A stretch of DNA of 55,253 nt, taken from contig JAZKAJ010000017.1 in assembly GCA_040389185.1 (NCBI GenBank), positions 1-55,253 of the forward strand. The letters run 5' to 3'. Positions within the stretch are counted from its first letter, which is position 1, and every line of letters begins with the position of its first letter. Of the stretch, positions 8,714 through 18,150 are shown piece by piece. Source of the stretch: Patescibacteria group bacterium (lineage in GTDB: Bacteria; Patescibacteriota; Minisyncoccia; Phycocordibacterales; CAIRYW01). The notes below the pieces were generated by a model. That model was not told where the DNA came from, did not search any database, and was given only the letters and a program-made list of their open reading frames with translations. Made by a program: the position numbers and the translations under genes.

Positions 8714-10813
8714 ATGCAATCAAAAGAATATACATTGGATGTCGCGGGTTATCCTATGACAGCCACATTTACAGATCTTGCCGATCAGGCGCAAGGTTCT
8801 GTAATCCTCTCTTATAGAGACACAACATTACTCGCAACTGCATGTATGGGAAAGCACGACAAAGAAAGTGACTTCTTCCCACTCACTGTAGATCTTGAAG
8901 AAAGATTCTACGCAGCAGGAAAGATCCTCGGATCACAATTTATTCGACGAGAAGGTCGTCCATCAGACGAGGCAATTCTTGCTGGACGAGTAGTTGACCG
9001 AACTATCAGACCACTCTTTGATCATCACATCAGACGAGAGATTCAGGTTGTTGTCACAACACTCGCACTTGGAGAAGCGGAAGTAGATACGCTCGGAGTG
9101 ATCGCAGGATCTCTCGCACTTGCAACTTCAAACATTCCTTTCAATGGACCTGTATCTGCTACGCACATTGGATACATCGGTGGACAGATGGTAGTGAACC
9201 CTTCATTTGATGATGTGAAGAACAATCCATTCTATTTTGATGTGACTGTTTGTGGAAAAGATGGAAACGTTACAATGATCGAAACTGTTGCAAAGCAGAT
9301 CTCAAACGATGTCGCAGGACAAGCGCTCGACAAAGCAGTTGAGGTAATTGAACAGATCCAAGTTTGGCAAAAAAAGATCGTGTCAGAAATTGGCAAAATA
9401 AAAACAGTTCTCGAATTCAAAAAAGCACCAGAGGGAATGGAAGCACTTTTTGCAGAAAAAATTGAAAGCAAATTCTACGATGCAGTATTCACAGGCAATG
9501 CTGGCAAAGAATCAATGAGCGCACTTAACGAAGAATGGATGGTGGTATACAAAGAAAAATTCCCAGAGGAAAAAACATTCTACGCATACGAATATCTTGA
9601 TGAAAAAATAAACGATATCATTCACAAAGAAGCGATCGAAAAAGGAAAGCGACCAGACGGAAGAAGTGTTGACGAAGTGAGACCTCTTTTTGCAAAAGCA
9701 GGAGGGGTATCAAAAGTACTTCACGGATCTGGAATATTCTACCGAGGAGGAACTCACGTATTCTCTGCTGTAACACTCGGTGCACCTGGAGATGCTCAGA
9801 CAATCGAAACGATCAAAACAAGTGGTGAAAAAAGATTTATGCACCACTACAACTTCGCACCTTTCTCAGTAGGAGAGCCAGGACGAATGGGAGGTTTGAA
9901 CAGAAGAATGGTAGGGCACGGATACCTTGCAGAAAAATCTCTCGCACAAGTCATTCCTTCTAAAGATGTATTCCCATATACGATCCGACTCGTGTCAGAA
10001 TCAACGGCATCAAATGGTTCTACTTCTATGGGATCTGTGTGTGCATCATCTCTTGCGATGATGGATGCTGGTATTCCAATCGAAGCACCTGTAGCCGGTA
10101 TTGCATCAGGACTTATGATGGAAACACCAGAAAAATATGCGCTCATCACAGATATCCAAGGACCAGAAGACCATCACGGAGACATGGATTTCAAAGTAGC
10201 AGGAACACGAAAGGGAATCACAGGAATCCAGATGGATATTAAAGTAGGTGGTATTCCAGTGAAGATCCTCAAAGAAGCTTTGGTTAAAGCAGAAAAAGCT
10301 CGACTACAGATTCTTGATGTAATTGAAAAAGAAATTGCAGTGCCACGAAGTGATATCTCACCTCGAGCTCCAAAGATTCTCACAACAAAAGTAAAACCTG
10401 ACCAGATCGGACTTGTAATCGGAACAGGAGGAAAGACAATCAAAGAAATGATGGCGACATCAGGAGCACAAATTGATATTGAAGATGATGGAACAGTATT
10501 CATCACTGGTACAAATGGAAGTGCAGAAATTGCAAAGAAACTTGTTGAAGATCTTACAAAAGAATTCGTAAGAGGAGAAAAGTTTGAAGGAACAGTCACA
10601 AAGATTGCTGAGTTCGGTGCATTCGTAAAGATTGCAGGAAACACAGAAGGACTTGTGCATGTATCAGAAATGGCTCCATTTCGAGTAGACAAAGTAACCG
10701 ATTATTTGAAAGAAGGGCAGATGGTTCCAGTTATCGTCAAAGATGTTGATGAGAGAGGACGAATCGCACTTTCTATCAAGCAAGTGAATCCAGATTTCTT
10801 TAAGCAGAAATAG
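8714..10813 (+). CDS. pnp: Polyribonucleotide nucleotidyltransferase (PNPase)
   Basis: FFPLTVD, RRMVGHG, SNGSTSM, GDMDFKVAGT, KH (IGLVIGTGGKTI) and S1 (FGAFV..GLVHVSE) domains. Confidence 0.97.
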   Translation: MQSKEYTLDVAGYPMTATFTDLADQAQGSVILSYRDTTLLATACMGKHDKESDFFPLTVDLEERFYAAGKILGSQFIRREGRPSDEAILAGRVVDRTIRPLFDHHIRREIQVVVTTLALGEAEVDTLGVIAGSLALATSNIPFNGPVSATHIGYIGGQMVVNPSFDDVKNNPFYFDVTVCGKDGNVTMIETVAKQISNDVAGQALDKAVEVIEQIQVWQKKIVSEIGKIKTVLEFKKAPEGMEALFAEKIESKFYDAVFTGNAGKESMSALNEEWMVVYKEKFPEEKTFYAYEYLDEKINDIIHKEAIEKGKRPDGRSVDEVRPLFAKAGGVSKVLHGSGIFYRGGTHVFSAVTLGAPGDAQTIETIKTSGEKRFMHHYNFAPFSVGEPGRMGGLNRRMVGHGYLAEKSLAQVIPSKDVFPYTIRLVSESTASNGSTSMGSVCASSLAMMDAGIPIEAPVAGIASGLMMETPEKYALITDIQGPEDHHGDMDFKVAGTRKGITGIQMDIKVGGIPVKILKEALVKAEKARLQILDVIEKEIAVPRSDISPRAPKILTTKVKPDQIGLVIGTGGKTIKEMMATSGAQIDIEDDGTVFITGTNGSAEIAKKLVEDLTKEFVRGEKFEGTVTKIAEFGAFVKIAGNTEGLVHVSEMAPFRVDKVTDYLKEGQMVPVIVKDVDERGRIALSIKQVNPDFFKQK

Positions 10814-10851
10814 ATTAAGTATCCAAGCATCAAGGAACAAGTAATCAAGTG

Positions 10852-10882
10852 AATGCATCGCACCCTTCGGGTGCGATGCATT
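10852..10882. terminator. GC-rich palindromic terminator
   Basis: AATGCATCGCACCC-TTC-GGGTGCGATGCATT plus T-run after pnp. Confidence 0.85.
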
Positions 10883-10897
10883 TTTTCATATATTAAT

Positions 10898-10943
10898 TTA
10901 TTTTGTAACAAATTCTACGGCCGTAGAATTTGTTACAAAATAA
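10898..10943. repeat. 46-bp perfect loop-less palindrome
   Basis: TTATTTTGTAACAAATTCTACGG|CCGTAGAATTTGTTACAAAATAA. Confidence 0.95.
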
Positions 10944-11027
10944 TAAAAATAACCCACAGCATTTTCATGTTATGGGTAGAGTTGTACGCTAATCTCTAAA
11001 GCGGAGTATGGAACATGCTGCGTTGTA

Positions 11028-11825
11028 TCATTGATATGGATCTATCCTCCAATCTGGTAACTGTGCAGAAATTCTATCTGCCTCAAATTGCCAGTTACTC
11101 CATCTCTCTTTGATTTCAGGTTCAAGCTGTTCAAAAAGATGCCGAGATCTGCCTTCGTTATTCACGAGTGCAGAAAGGAAGTAAAGAACATCTCTTGGCT
11201 CTCCTTTTTTCAAAAGAACTTCGAGTTGTTGAGGAGTACCATGATCGGGAATAAACCACCTTGCAATATAATTCCCAAACCTTTCATGCATAAGAAGAAG
11301 GGAGAATATATAATCGATCTCATCCATATACTCAATCTTTGCAAGAAGACTAAGAAGTCCGGGAATGATAATCCAGGAACCTCCACAACAACCACTCCGG
11401 GCTGCACTCCCTGTATATTCCAGACGACGTCGAGTGGCATTTATAGGCGCATGACGATGCAATGCAACAACAACCTCCTTATAGGAACCGATATCATCGA
11501 GATTGTTTAGATAATGATAAATTGCAAACCTAATTTTGTGGTTATCTCCGTAGTCTGGACCAGTTTCGGTTCTTTGCACCACCAAAATCAAATCCTCGGG
11601 TTCGAATCGTCTGCAAGGTGAAATGTCTGGAAGACTTCTGCAAGTTTTCTTGAACCTGCTTTTCCTTCTAGCCTCCTTATAAAAGGATCGAATAGAGTCC
11701 GAAAGAGGGTCACAACTCTCCACCACAATGATGAGCAAGATCCCAATCAAGATAATCAATCCTCTTTCCCACCAAGCCAAACTTCCAATCCAATTTATCG
11801 CATTCACAACAGAATAAGGTCTCAC
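11028..11825 (-). CDS. Orphan membrane-anchored hypothetical protein, 265 aa
   Basis: Long ORF with N-terminal hydrophobic stretch (GLIILIGILLIIVV); GTG start uncertain. Confidence 0.6.
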   Translation of the reverse strand: MRPYSVVNAINWIGSLAWWERGLIILIGILLIIVVESCDPLSDSIRSFYKEARRKSRFKKTCRSLPDISPCRRFEPEDLILVVQRTETGPDYGDNHKIRFAIYHYLNNLDDIGSYKEVVVALHRHAPINATRRRLEYTGSAARSGCCGGSWIIIPGLLSLLAKIEYMDEIDYIFSLLLMHERFGNYIARWFIPDHGTPQQLEVLLKKGEPRDVLYFLSALVNNEGRSRHLFEQLEPEIKERWSNWQFEADRISAQLPDWRIDPYQ

Positions 11826-11946
11826 ACCTCTTGCCCGTAGGGTTTAGCCGGGATCGCATTTTGTAAAAGAACACTAACCAACAAACCAACGACACTCGTC
11901 ACAGGCTTGAAAAATTCCACTTGTTAAGCACAAATGGAAAAGCTTT

Positions 11947-12315
11947 CTATCCCCAGATCAAAACCCAATCTAGAACCGCCACCACGACCTTTAGGAATTT
12001 GTAGTGAAATTTAGACAAAATCCACCGGCAAATAATCCTTAGAAGGAGTAGGAGAATGATTACCGGAGTAATAATGACGACAGCCAGCATTAGAACACCG
12101 AGAATATTTTTAGTTGGATCGGAATCGGATACCACACAACACATGAGCCCTATTCCCATGAGATGCCATAGAGGTACACCCCATTTTTTCTCAATTGCGT
12201 TGATAGTTCTAGCTAAAATCACCACAATAAGAGTGCCAATTAAGGATATCTCCATAAAGATGAACCAAGATTGTATAGACATAAGTTTGAATGGTTGATT
12301 TGTATCAAGGAACAC
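11947..12315 (-). CDS. Orphan multi-TM membrane protein, 122 aa
   Basis: Three to four hydrophobic segments; AAAGGGG upstream of GTG; TTGACA promoter near 12373. Confidence 0.55.
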   Translation of the reverse strand: MFLDTNQPFKLMSIQSWFIFMEISLIGTLIVVILARTINAIEKKWGVPLWHLMGIGLMCCVVSDSDPTKNILGVLMLAVVIITPVIILLLLLRIICRWILSKFHYKFLKVVVAVLDWVLIWG

Positions 12316-12441
12316 CGCGCCCCTTTTCTGGGAACATTAAACCACTCATATATAATATGTAAATATATGTCAACAATATAAAAATTAAATATCATTTAAT
12401 ATCAACATATTTTAGTTAAATTAGTATTTTGTGGAATACCA

Positions 12442-12469
12442 TTGACACAATTAGGTCCATTGATATACT
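12442..12469 (+). promoter_or_regulatory. sigma70-type promoter, leaderless architecture
   Basis: TTGACA(12442)-16-TATACT(12464), 6 nt before the GTG start at 12476. Confidence 0.75.
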
Positions 12470-12475
12470 TAAAAC

Positions 12476-13258
12476 GTGTCTGAAAACAGTGGTAATTTCG
12501 AAAATGCACTTGTAAACCTAGGTCTCAATGCCAAGGAGGCTTCAGGATATGTAGCCCTTCTTGGATTAGGGCAGGCGACAGTGAGTGAAATAGCAAAGAA
12601 AGCGGGAATCAACAGAACAACTGTCTATGATATTTTGTCTTCGCTTGGGTCAAAGGGGCTTGTGAGTATTTCAGGTAAAGAACCTAAACAAGAATATCGA
12701 GCAGAAAATCCAGACAAACTCATTACATATTTGAAAAACGATCTCGAACTCAAAGCTCAAAATGTCAGATACGCAGAACTGATTCTCCCAGAGCTTAAAT
12801 CAATACACAAAATAGGAGAAAGACCACGAATAAAATTCTATGAGGGAGAGGACGGACTTCGAGAAGTATACGAAGATACCTTAACTTCGGAAGGAACAAT
12901 TTTGGCCTATGCTGCGGTAGATGATGTACATAAAGGGATAGTAAATTATTTTCCAAAGTATTACAAAAGACGAGCCGCTAAAAATATTCCCATTAGAGCA
13001 ATATTTCCTGATACCGCAATTGCACGGGAACGTTCGAATCTTGATAAAGAAGAGAAGCGAGAGAGTCTTTTAGTACCCTTCGAAAAATATAGTTTTACTC
13101 CAGAAATAAATATTTATAACAACAAAGTAATGATCGCGTCCTGGAGAGAGAAGCTTGGAATAATTATTGAAAGTGCCGAGATTGCTGATGCGATGAAAAA
13201 GATATTCGAACTCTCTTGGGATAGGGCAAAGGAGCTTGATAAAGAAATGAGACAATAG
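12476..13258 (+). CDS. TrmB-family transcriptional regulator
   Basis: LGLNAKEASGYVALL...IAKKAGINRTTVYDIL wHTH; C-terminal FYEGEDGLREVY and EINIYNNKVMI domain. Confidence 0.88.
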   Translation: MSENSGNFENALVNLGLNAKEASGYVALLGLGQATVSEIAKKAGINRTTVYDILSSLGSKGLVSISGKEPKQEYRAENPDKLITYLKNDLELKAQNVRYAELILPELKSIHKIGERPRIKFYEGEDGLREVYEDTLTSEGTILAYAAVDDVHKGIVNYFPKYYKRRAAKNIPIRAIFPDTAIARERSNLDKEEKRESLLVPFEKYSFTPEINIYNNKVMIASWREKLGIIIESAEIADAMKKIFELSWDRAKELDKEMRQ

Positions 13259-13299
13259 TTTTGATTTTTAATTTATGGTTTTTGATTTATACTTACAAT

Positions 13300-14364
13300 A
13301 TGCCAGACCCATTTGAAACAGGCGATGAACTAAAACAGCAATATATGAATAAGGCTCTTCATGCAAATGACGAGGCGACTTCGGGTGCCAAATTTAGCGA
13401 CCTATTCGACAAAAATTCTAATGTCTACAAAGACCCGAATGCAGAATTACCTCGAGAGAAAACTCCGATCCCTGAGAAACCTACAATTGATGCGGAAGGA
13501 TACCCAATAATCCAAAATGTTCATACATACAAAGAAGATCTCGAAGGAATTATCAACTCCGACAAACTATCTTTGAGTCGTATTGCGATGATGCAAGAGG
13601 GTGCAAACAGAAGAACGGAAGCTCCATCAAAGGCAGAGGCCGAAGAAAAAAAGAGCATGATTTTTTATATTATCAGCATCTCACTTGTTCTTATCGGTGT
13701 TGGAATTATTGGAGGAATATATATGCTCACATTAAGCAAAAAAGCCGCTGAAACACAACAAGCGGCAACAGTACCGAAAGAAAAATATATTATCTTCGCC
13801 GAACAAAACAAAGAGCTTGATATCACAAAAACATCGAAGACTGAAGTGGCACAAATCATTCGAGATACTGCTTCAAAATTTCAAGAAGAGGACAGTGTTA
13901 TGGAAATCATTCCAGTAACCACTGATGGGGATACGAAGATGCGGGCAGATATAAACGAACTCTTTTCGAGTGTATATCAGAGAGCGCCAGACGAACTTCT
14001 TCGAACACTTTATCCTAAATATTTCTTGGGATTGTATTCAAAGAAGGGAAAGACTGATCCGTTTCTTCTCATGTTCACCAACTCTTATGATATCTCATAT
14101 CCAGCCCTCTTAGATTGGGAAGGTTTCATGAAGGATGATCTTACTTGGATGTTCGATACAAGTGTGGCAATAGGAACGACGACTCCAGCGCTTTCATTTA
14201 AAGACAGAGTGGTAGCAAATACTGATGCAAGATCATTTGAGGATTCATCTGGAAGAGTAGCGTTCTTCTACACATTTATTGATCCAAACACAATTCTCTT
14301 TGCAAGAAATACTGATACGGTAAGAAAAGTGATGGATCGATTGAGGGAAGCGAAGTTTCAGTAG
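13300..14364 (+). CDS. Single-TM hypothetical protein
   Basis: Central TM (IFYIISISLVLIGVGIIGGIYML); start set at ATG 13300, 6 nt after TATACT. Confidence 0.75.
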   Translation: MPDPFETGDELKQQYMNKALHANDEATSGAKFSDLFDKNSNVYKDPNAELPREKTPIPEKPTIDAEGYPIIQNVHTYKEDLEGIINSDKLSLSRIAMMQEGANRRTEAPSKAEAEEKKSMIFYIISISLVLIGVGIIGGIYMLTLSKKAAETQQAATVPKEKYIIFAEQNKELDITKTSKTEVAQIIRDTASKFQEEDSVMEIIPVTTDGDTKMRADINELFSSVYQRAPDELLRTLYPKYFLGLYSKKGKTDPFLLMFTNSYDISYPALLDWEGFMKDDLTWMFDTSVAIGTTTPALSFKDRVVANTDARSFEDSSGRVAFFYTFIDPNTILFARNTDTVRKVMDRLREAKFQ

Positions 14365-14368
14365 GCTC

Positions 14369-14412
14369 ATGCGGAATTGACGCGGAAGTTATGCGGAACG
14401 AACGCGGAAAAT
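14369..14412 (+). repeat. Four tandem 11-bp units with core AYGCGGAA
   Basis: ATGCGGAATTG ACGCGGAAGTT ATGCGGAACGA ACGCGGAAAAT. Confidence 0.85.
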
Positions 14413-14463
14413 GATTTAATATAAAAAGCCCTCGCACATGGTAAGTGTGCGAGGATGTAGTGT

Positions 14464-15033
14464 TCATTTTCGTAATAACAGCCATCTAAGGCAAGGAATG
14501 AAAATGATAGTCATATATCCAAGCCAAGGAAGCATGACGATTAGCAACCAAAGCATAGTTTTTTGATGAGGATTCCTAACTCGATTTATTACTACTTCAC
14601 CACTCAACCATTTGATCGAATAGTCTGTGGCCGTTGTTATCCAAGCAAGATTGTTCGTCTGTAGTGTATCCATATATTTGATACCCAATTCACCCGAATA
14701 TATCACATGAATAATGACAAATTCTCTCCATTGGTTCTCTCGATTTATTATCCATCTAGCATTGACGAAATGTTGACCAGATTTTATTCTGCCACAAACC
14801 GATTTGAACTCTTCGAGATTATAAATTGGACGAATGTCAGGCCTAGAAGCTACTAGGGCATCAAACTCTTTATCCTCCAGAGCTTGTGTTCCTAGGGGAT
14901 TCCAAAACTTGATCGGATTCGGTTGCAATTGGAGATTTTCCAAATCACAAACTATATGCCATTTATTGTTAGACCACTGCAGAAGACATAGTCCAAGAGT
15001 GATGATGATCGACACTGTTAGAATTTTTTTCAT
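14464..15033 (-). CDS. Orphan membrane protein with N- and C-terminal hydrophobic helices
   Basis: 189-aa ORF, signal/TM at both ends; TTGACC-17-CACAAT promoter upstream; hairpin CCTCGCACAT..GTGTGCGAGG downstream. Confidence 0.6.
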   Translation of the reverse strand: MKKILTVSIIITLGLCLLQWSNNKWHIVCDLENLQLQPNPIKFWNPLGTQALEDKEFDALVASRPDIRPIYNLEEFKSVCGRIKSGQHFVNARWIINRENQWREFVIIHVIYSGELGIKYMDTLQTNNLAWITTATDYSIKWLSGEVVINRVRNPHQKTMLWLLIVMLPWLGYMTIIFIPCLRWLLLRK

Positions 15034-15238
15034 TTTATTGCCACATCTGTGGACTTGCTTTCAATTTTGGTTTGATTTCGAAGAGCTGTCGAGATGACGA
15101 GCTTTACTAACAATATTGTGCAACATAATGTATATTTGGTCAAAGATTATGCGACACATAATACCTTATTAAATAAAGCTATTTTGGAATATATGTACGA
15201 AGTGTTGACAAATTTTAGACAACGTATATGATTTTGGT

Positions 15239-15991
15239 ATGTTAGAAACAATTTTAAGTAAATTAAATCTAGGAGAGAAGGAAATCGCCATATTTAAGCT
15301 TCTGCTTGAATACGGAAAGCTTTCTGCTTCTTCACTTTGCCGACTATCAAGTATTCATAGAACAACTGTATATAGCGTATTGAAAGAGCTCGATAGTAAA
15401 GGATTAATATCAGAAGACACCACAAAAACGACCACGTACTTTTCGCCCGCTACACAAAATGAACTTGATAGAATATTAGAAAAGGAAACAAAGAAGCTTG
15501 AAGAAAAGAAAAATACAATGCAAGAGCTCCAAAACATTTTAAAACAAACTCCTAGTTCAAAATATCACACAGTTCCAAAAGTTAGGTTCGTTGAAGAAGA
15601 TGAAATAGAACAATATTTATTTGAGACGACAAAAAAATGGTACGAGAGTATGGGAAATGCCAATACAGTTTGGTATGGATTTCAGGATGCTTCGCTTGTA
15701 GGTAAATATGAGAAATGGATCGACTGGTCTTGGAAGATTGCGCCAGATGAAACAACACTCAAGCTCATCACAAACTACGATGAGATTGAGGAAAAAATGA
15801 AGAATAAAAAGTATGCCCATAGACGAAAATTGAAGAGACTTGAGAAAACGGAATTCACAGCGACACAGTGGGTGATTGGGGATTATGTAATATATCTTCA
15901 AACTTCTCTCAAACCTTATTCATTAGTAGAAATCCACGATGCTGTGCTCGCACATAATACAAGAGAGCTGTTTAAATTATTTTGGAAGTAG
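15239..15991 (+). CDS. TrmB-family transcriptional regulator
   Basis: LNLGEKEIAIFKLLL...HRTTVYSVLKEL wHTH; TTGACA(15205)-16-TATGAT(15227) promoter 6 nt before ATG. Confidence 0.85.
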   Translation: MLETILSKLNLGEKEIAIFKLLLEYGKLSASSLCRLSSIHRTTVYSVLKELDSKGLISEDTTKTTTYFSPATQNELDRILEKETKKLEEKKNTMQELQNILKQTPSSKYHTVPKVRFVEEDEIEQYLFETTKKWYESMGNANTVWYGFQDASLVGKYEKWIDWSWKIAPDETTLKLITNYDEIEEKMKNKKYAHRRKLKRLEKTEFTATQWVIGDYVIYLQTSLKPYSLVEIHDAVLAHNTRELFKLFWK

Positions 15992-15995
15992 TCGA

Positions 15996-16036
15996 ACTCA
16001 AACCCCTTCCAACCTCCCCTTCATCTCAAGGGGAGG
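15996..16036. repeat. Third copy of the CCCC/GGGG small repeat element
   Basis: ACTCAAACCCCTTCCAACCTCCCCTTCATCTCAAGGGGAGG, close match to 8637-8677. Confidence 0.8.
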
Positions 16037-16087
16037 GGAAATACAAAATACGTTTTGTATTTATGTTCAATGTGCTAAAATTATTCT

Positions 16088-16450
16088 ATGGATAAAAGCA
16101 AACTAAAATACTTTGAGATGAAATTGACTGCGGAGAAAAAACTTCTTGAGGACGAACTCAAGACTGTGGGGCGACGAAATCCGCACAACCCTAATGACTG
16201 GGAGCCGAAGTATACAAACACCAATACTGATAGCGCCGATCAGCTCGAAGTCGCAGAGGAGCTCGAAAACTATCAGAACAACATTGCGATCTTGAATAAC
16301 TTGGAATCAAAATATAACGAGGTATTGAAAGCGATAGAAAAGATCCATCAAAATAAATATGGAACTTGCGAAGTATGTAAAGAAACTATTGAGGAAGATC
16401 GACTTGAAGCAAACCCATCTGCAAGAACCTGTAAAAAACATATGAACTAA
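16088..16450 (+). CDS. TraR/DksA C4-type zinc-finger protein
   Basis: Coiled coil with DSAD tip, YGTCEVC...RLEANPSARTCKKH. Confidence 0.88.
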   Translation: MDKSKLKYFEMKLTAEKKLLEDELKTVGRRNPHNPNDWEPKYTNTNTDSADQLEVAEELENYQNNIAILNNLESKYNEVLKAIEKIHQNKYGTCEVCKETIEEDRLEANPSARTCKKHMN

Positions 16451-16490
16451 AAAAATAATCTCAAACAATATTGTTTGAGATTATTTTTTT
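16449..16490. repeat. 42-bp perfect loop-less palindrome, probable terminator
   Basis: AAAAAAATAATCTCAAACAAT|ATTGTTTGAGATTATTTTTTT. Confidence 0.9.
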
Positions 16491-16510
16491 CTGGTATAAT
16501 TTAAACATAC

Positions 16511-18055
16511 ATGAGCTTTTCTAAAATCTATAGTGGGCAGTCGGACATTATGGGAGCGAGCATTATTGATATCGAATCTGATATCTCTCGAGGACTTCAT
16601 GCATTTAATATTGTAGGACTTGGGGATAAAGCTGTGGATGAATCAAAAGATCGAGTGAATTCTGCTATCAAAAACACGGGATTTGATGCTCCAAAAAGCA
16701 AAAATGAAAAGATAATTATTTCTCTCGCTCCTGCTGATATCAAAAAGGAGGGTCCAGCCTTCGATCTCGGAATTGCTCTTTCATATCTGCTTTCGTCAGG
16801 AGAAATAATCTTCGATACAGAGAAGAAGCTTTTTCTTGGAGAGCTTTCACTTGATGGGACGCTTCGAAGTATTAATGGCGTACTTGGTATTGTAAAAGCC
16901 GCACAAGAAAATGGATTCGAAGAAATATATCTTCCAAAGAGTAATGCGAAAGAAGCATCCCTTATCCGCAATATAAAAATATTCGGTGTAGAAAATTTAG
17001 ATGAAATCATACAACACCTCGACGAATCAAAAACTGATCGACCAAAAAAGAAACTCGATGCTACTGAGGAAACTATAATAAAAAACGAAAGTGGTGAATC
17101 TGGTTTTGATTTTAAGGATATAAAAGGACAAGACAATGCCAAAAGAGCGCTTGAGATCGCAGCGGCTGGAGGACATAATATTTTGATGTGGGGTCCTCCT
17201 GGAACAGGAAAGACGATGCTTGCCAAAGCATTCGCAAGCATTCTTCCAGACCTAACCTATGAAGAAACACTCGAAGCAACAAGCATCCACTCAATAGCAG
17301 GGACTCTCAAAGAAAATATTGTAACAGTCCCGCCGTTTCGCGCACCGCACCACACATCGTCTCACGTTGCGGTTGTTGGAGGTGGGGCGCACATTCGTCC
17401 AGGCGAGATCACCTTGGCTCACAAAGGGGTATTGTTTCTCGATGAGCTTCCTGAATTTGATCGACGGGTGATTGAATCACTCCGTGAACCACTCGAAGAA
17501 AAAATCATTAAAGTATCGAGAGCGAAAGGTAACGCAACATTCCCAGCAGACTTCATCCTCGTTGCAGCAATGAACCCATGTCCTTGTGGGAATTATGGAA
17601 GTAAAAAAAGATGTATCTGTAATCCACTTACAATCAGTAAATACAATCGAAAAATATCAGGACCCATCATGGATCGAATTGATATTTGTATCGAGGTATC
17701 AGATATAGATCACAAGACACTTAACGATTCAAAAGTGAGCGAATCATCAGAAATAGTCAAAGCAAGAATCCTCGCTGCAAGACAAAGACAAAAAGAAAGA
17801 TTTGAAAAACTAAATACATCGTATACAAAAAATAGCGAAATCAAATCAAAACATATCAAGGAAATGACAGTAATAGAAGATGATGGTATTGAAGCACTTG
17901 TAGGATTTGCAGAGAAACTCGAACTGTCACCTCGTGCATATCATCGAGTAATGAGACTATCGAGAACCATCGCGGACCTTGCAGGATCGGAAACTACGAA
18001 TACAAATCATGTTTTAGAGGCACTACAGTTTAGGCAGAAGAGGGAGGTTATTTAA
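16511..18055 (+). CDS. comM: YifB/ComM Mg-chelatase-like AAA+ ATPase
   Basis: LAPADIKKEGPAFDL, GPPGTGKTMLA, PFRAPHH, LFLDELPEF, AAMNPCPCG, SGPIMDRID. Confidence 0.93.
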   Translation: MSFSKIYSGQSDIMGASIIDIESDISRGLHAFNIVGLGDKAVDESKDRVNSAIKNTGFDAPKSKNEKIIISLAPADIKKEGPAFDLGIALSYLLSSGEIIFDTEKKLFLGELSLDGTLRSINGVLGIVKAAQENGFEEIYLPKSNAKEASLIRNIKIFGVENLDEIIQHLDESKTDRPKKKLDATEETIIKNESGESGFDFKDIKGQDNAKRALEIAAAGGHNILMWGPPGTGKTMLAKAFASILPDLTYEETLEATSIHSIAGTLKENIVTVPPFRAPHHTSSHVAVVGGGAHIRPGEITLAHKGVLFLDELPEFDRRVIESLREPLEEKIIKVSRAKGNATFPADFILVAAMNPCPCGNYGSKKRCICNPLTISKYNRKISGPIMDRIDICIEVSDIDHKTLNDSKVSESSEIVKARILAARQRQKERFEKLNTSYTKNSEIKSKHIKEMTVIEDDGIEALVGFAEKLELSPRAYHRVMRLSRTIADLAGSETTNTNHVLEALQFRQKREVI

Positions 18056-18088
18056 GTAATCAAGTTTCAAGTATTCAAGTTAACAAAC

Positions 18089-18117
18089 AAATGCGGCGCC
18101 CTTTGGGCGCCGCATTT
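18089..18117. terminator. GC-rich bidirectional terminator
   Basis: AAATGCGGCGCCC-TTT-GGGCGCCGCATTT between convergent genes. Confidence 0.85.
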
Positions 18118-18150
18118 TACTTGATTACTTGTTCCTTGATACTTGGATAC

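Noticed and set aside
10898-10943. Integron attC site (GTAAC/GTTAC cores)
   Set aside because: A perfect palindrome lacks the extrahelical bases and R/L box asymmetry of attC, and the recombinase in the window looks Xer-like without the IntI insertion.
15118-15145. dif-like 28-mer GTGCAACATAA-TGTATA-TTTGGTCAAAG (19/28 to E. coli dif), with a Xer gene in the window
   Set aside because: It coincides with the minus-strand promoter TTGACC-17-CACAAT of ORF 14464, the XerD arm is poorly matched, and it is only about 30 kb from the probable oriC. A pdif-like role cannot be fully excluded.
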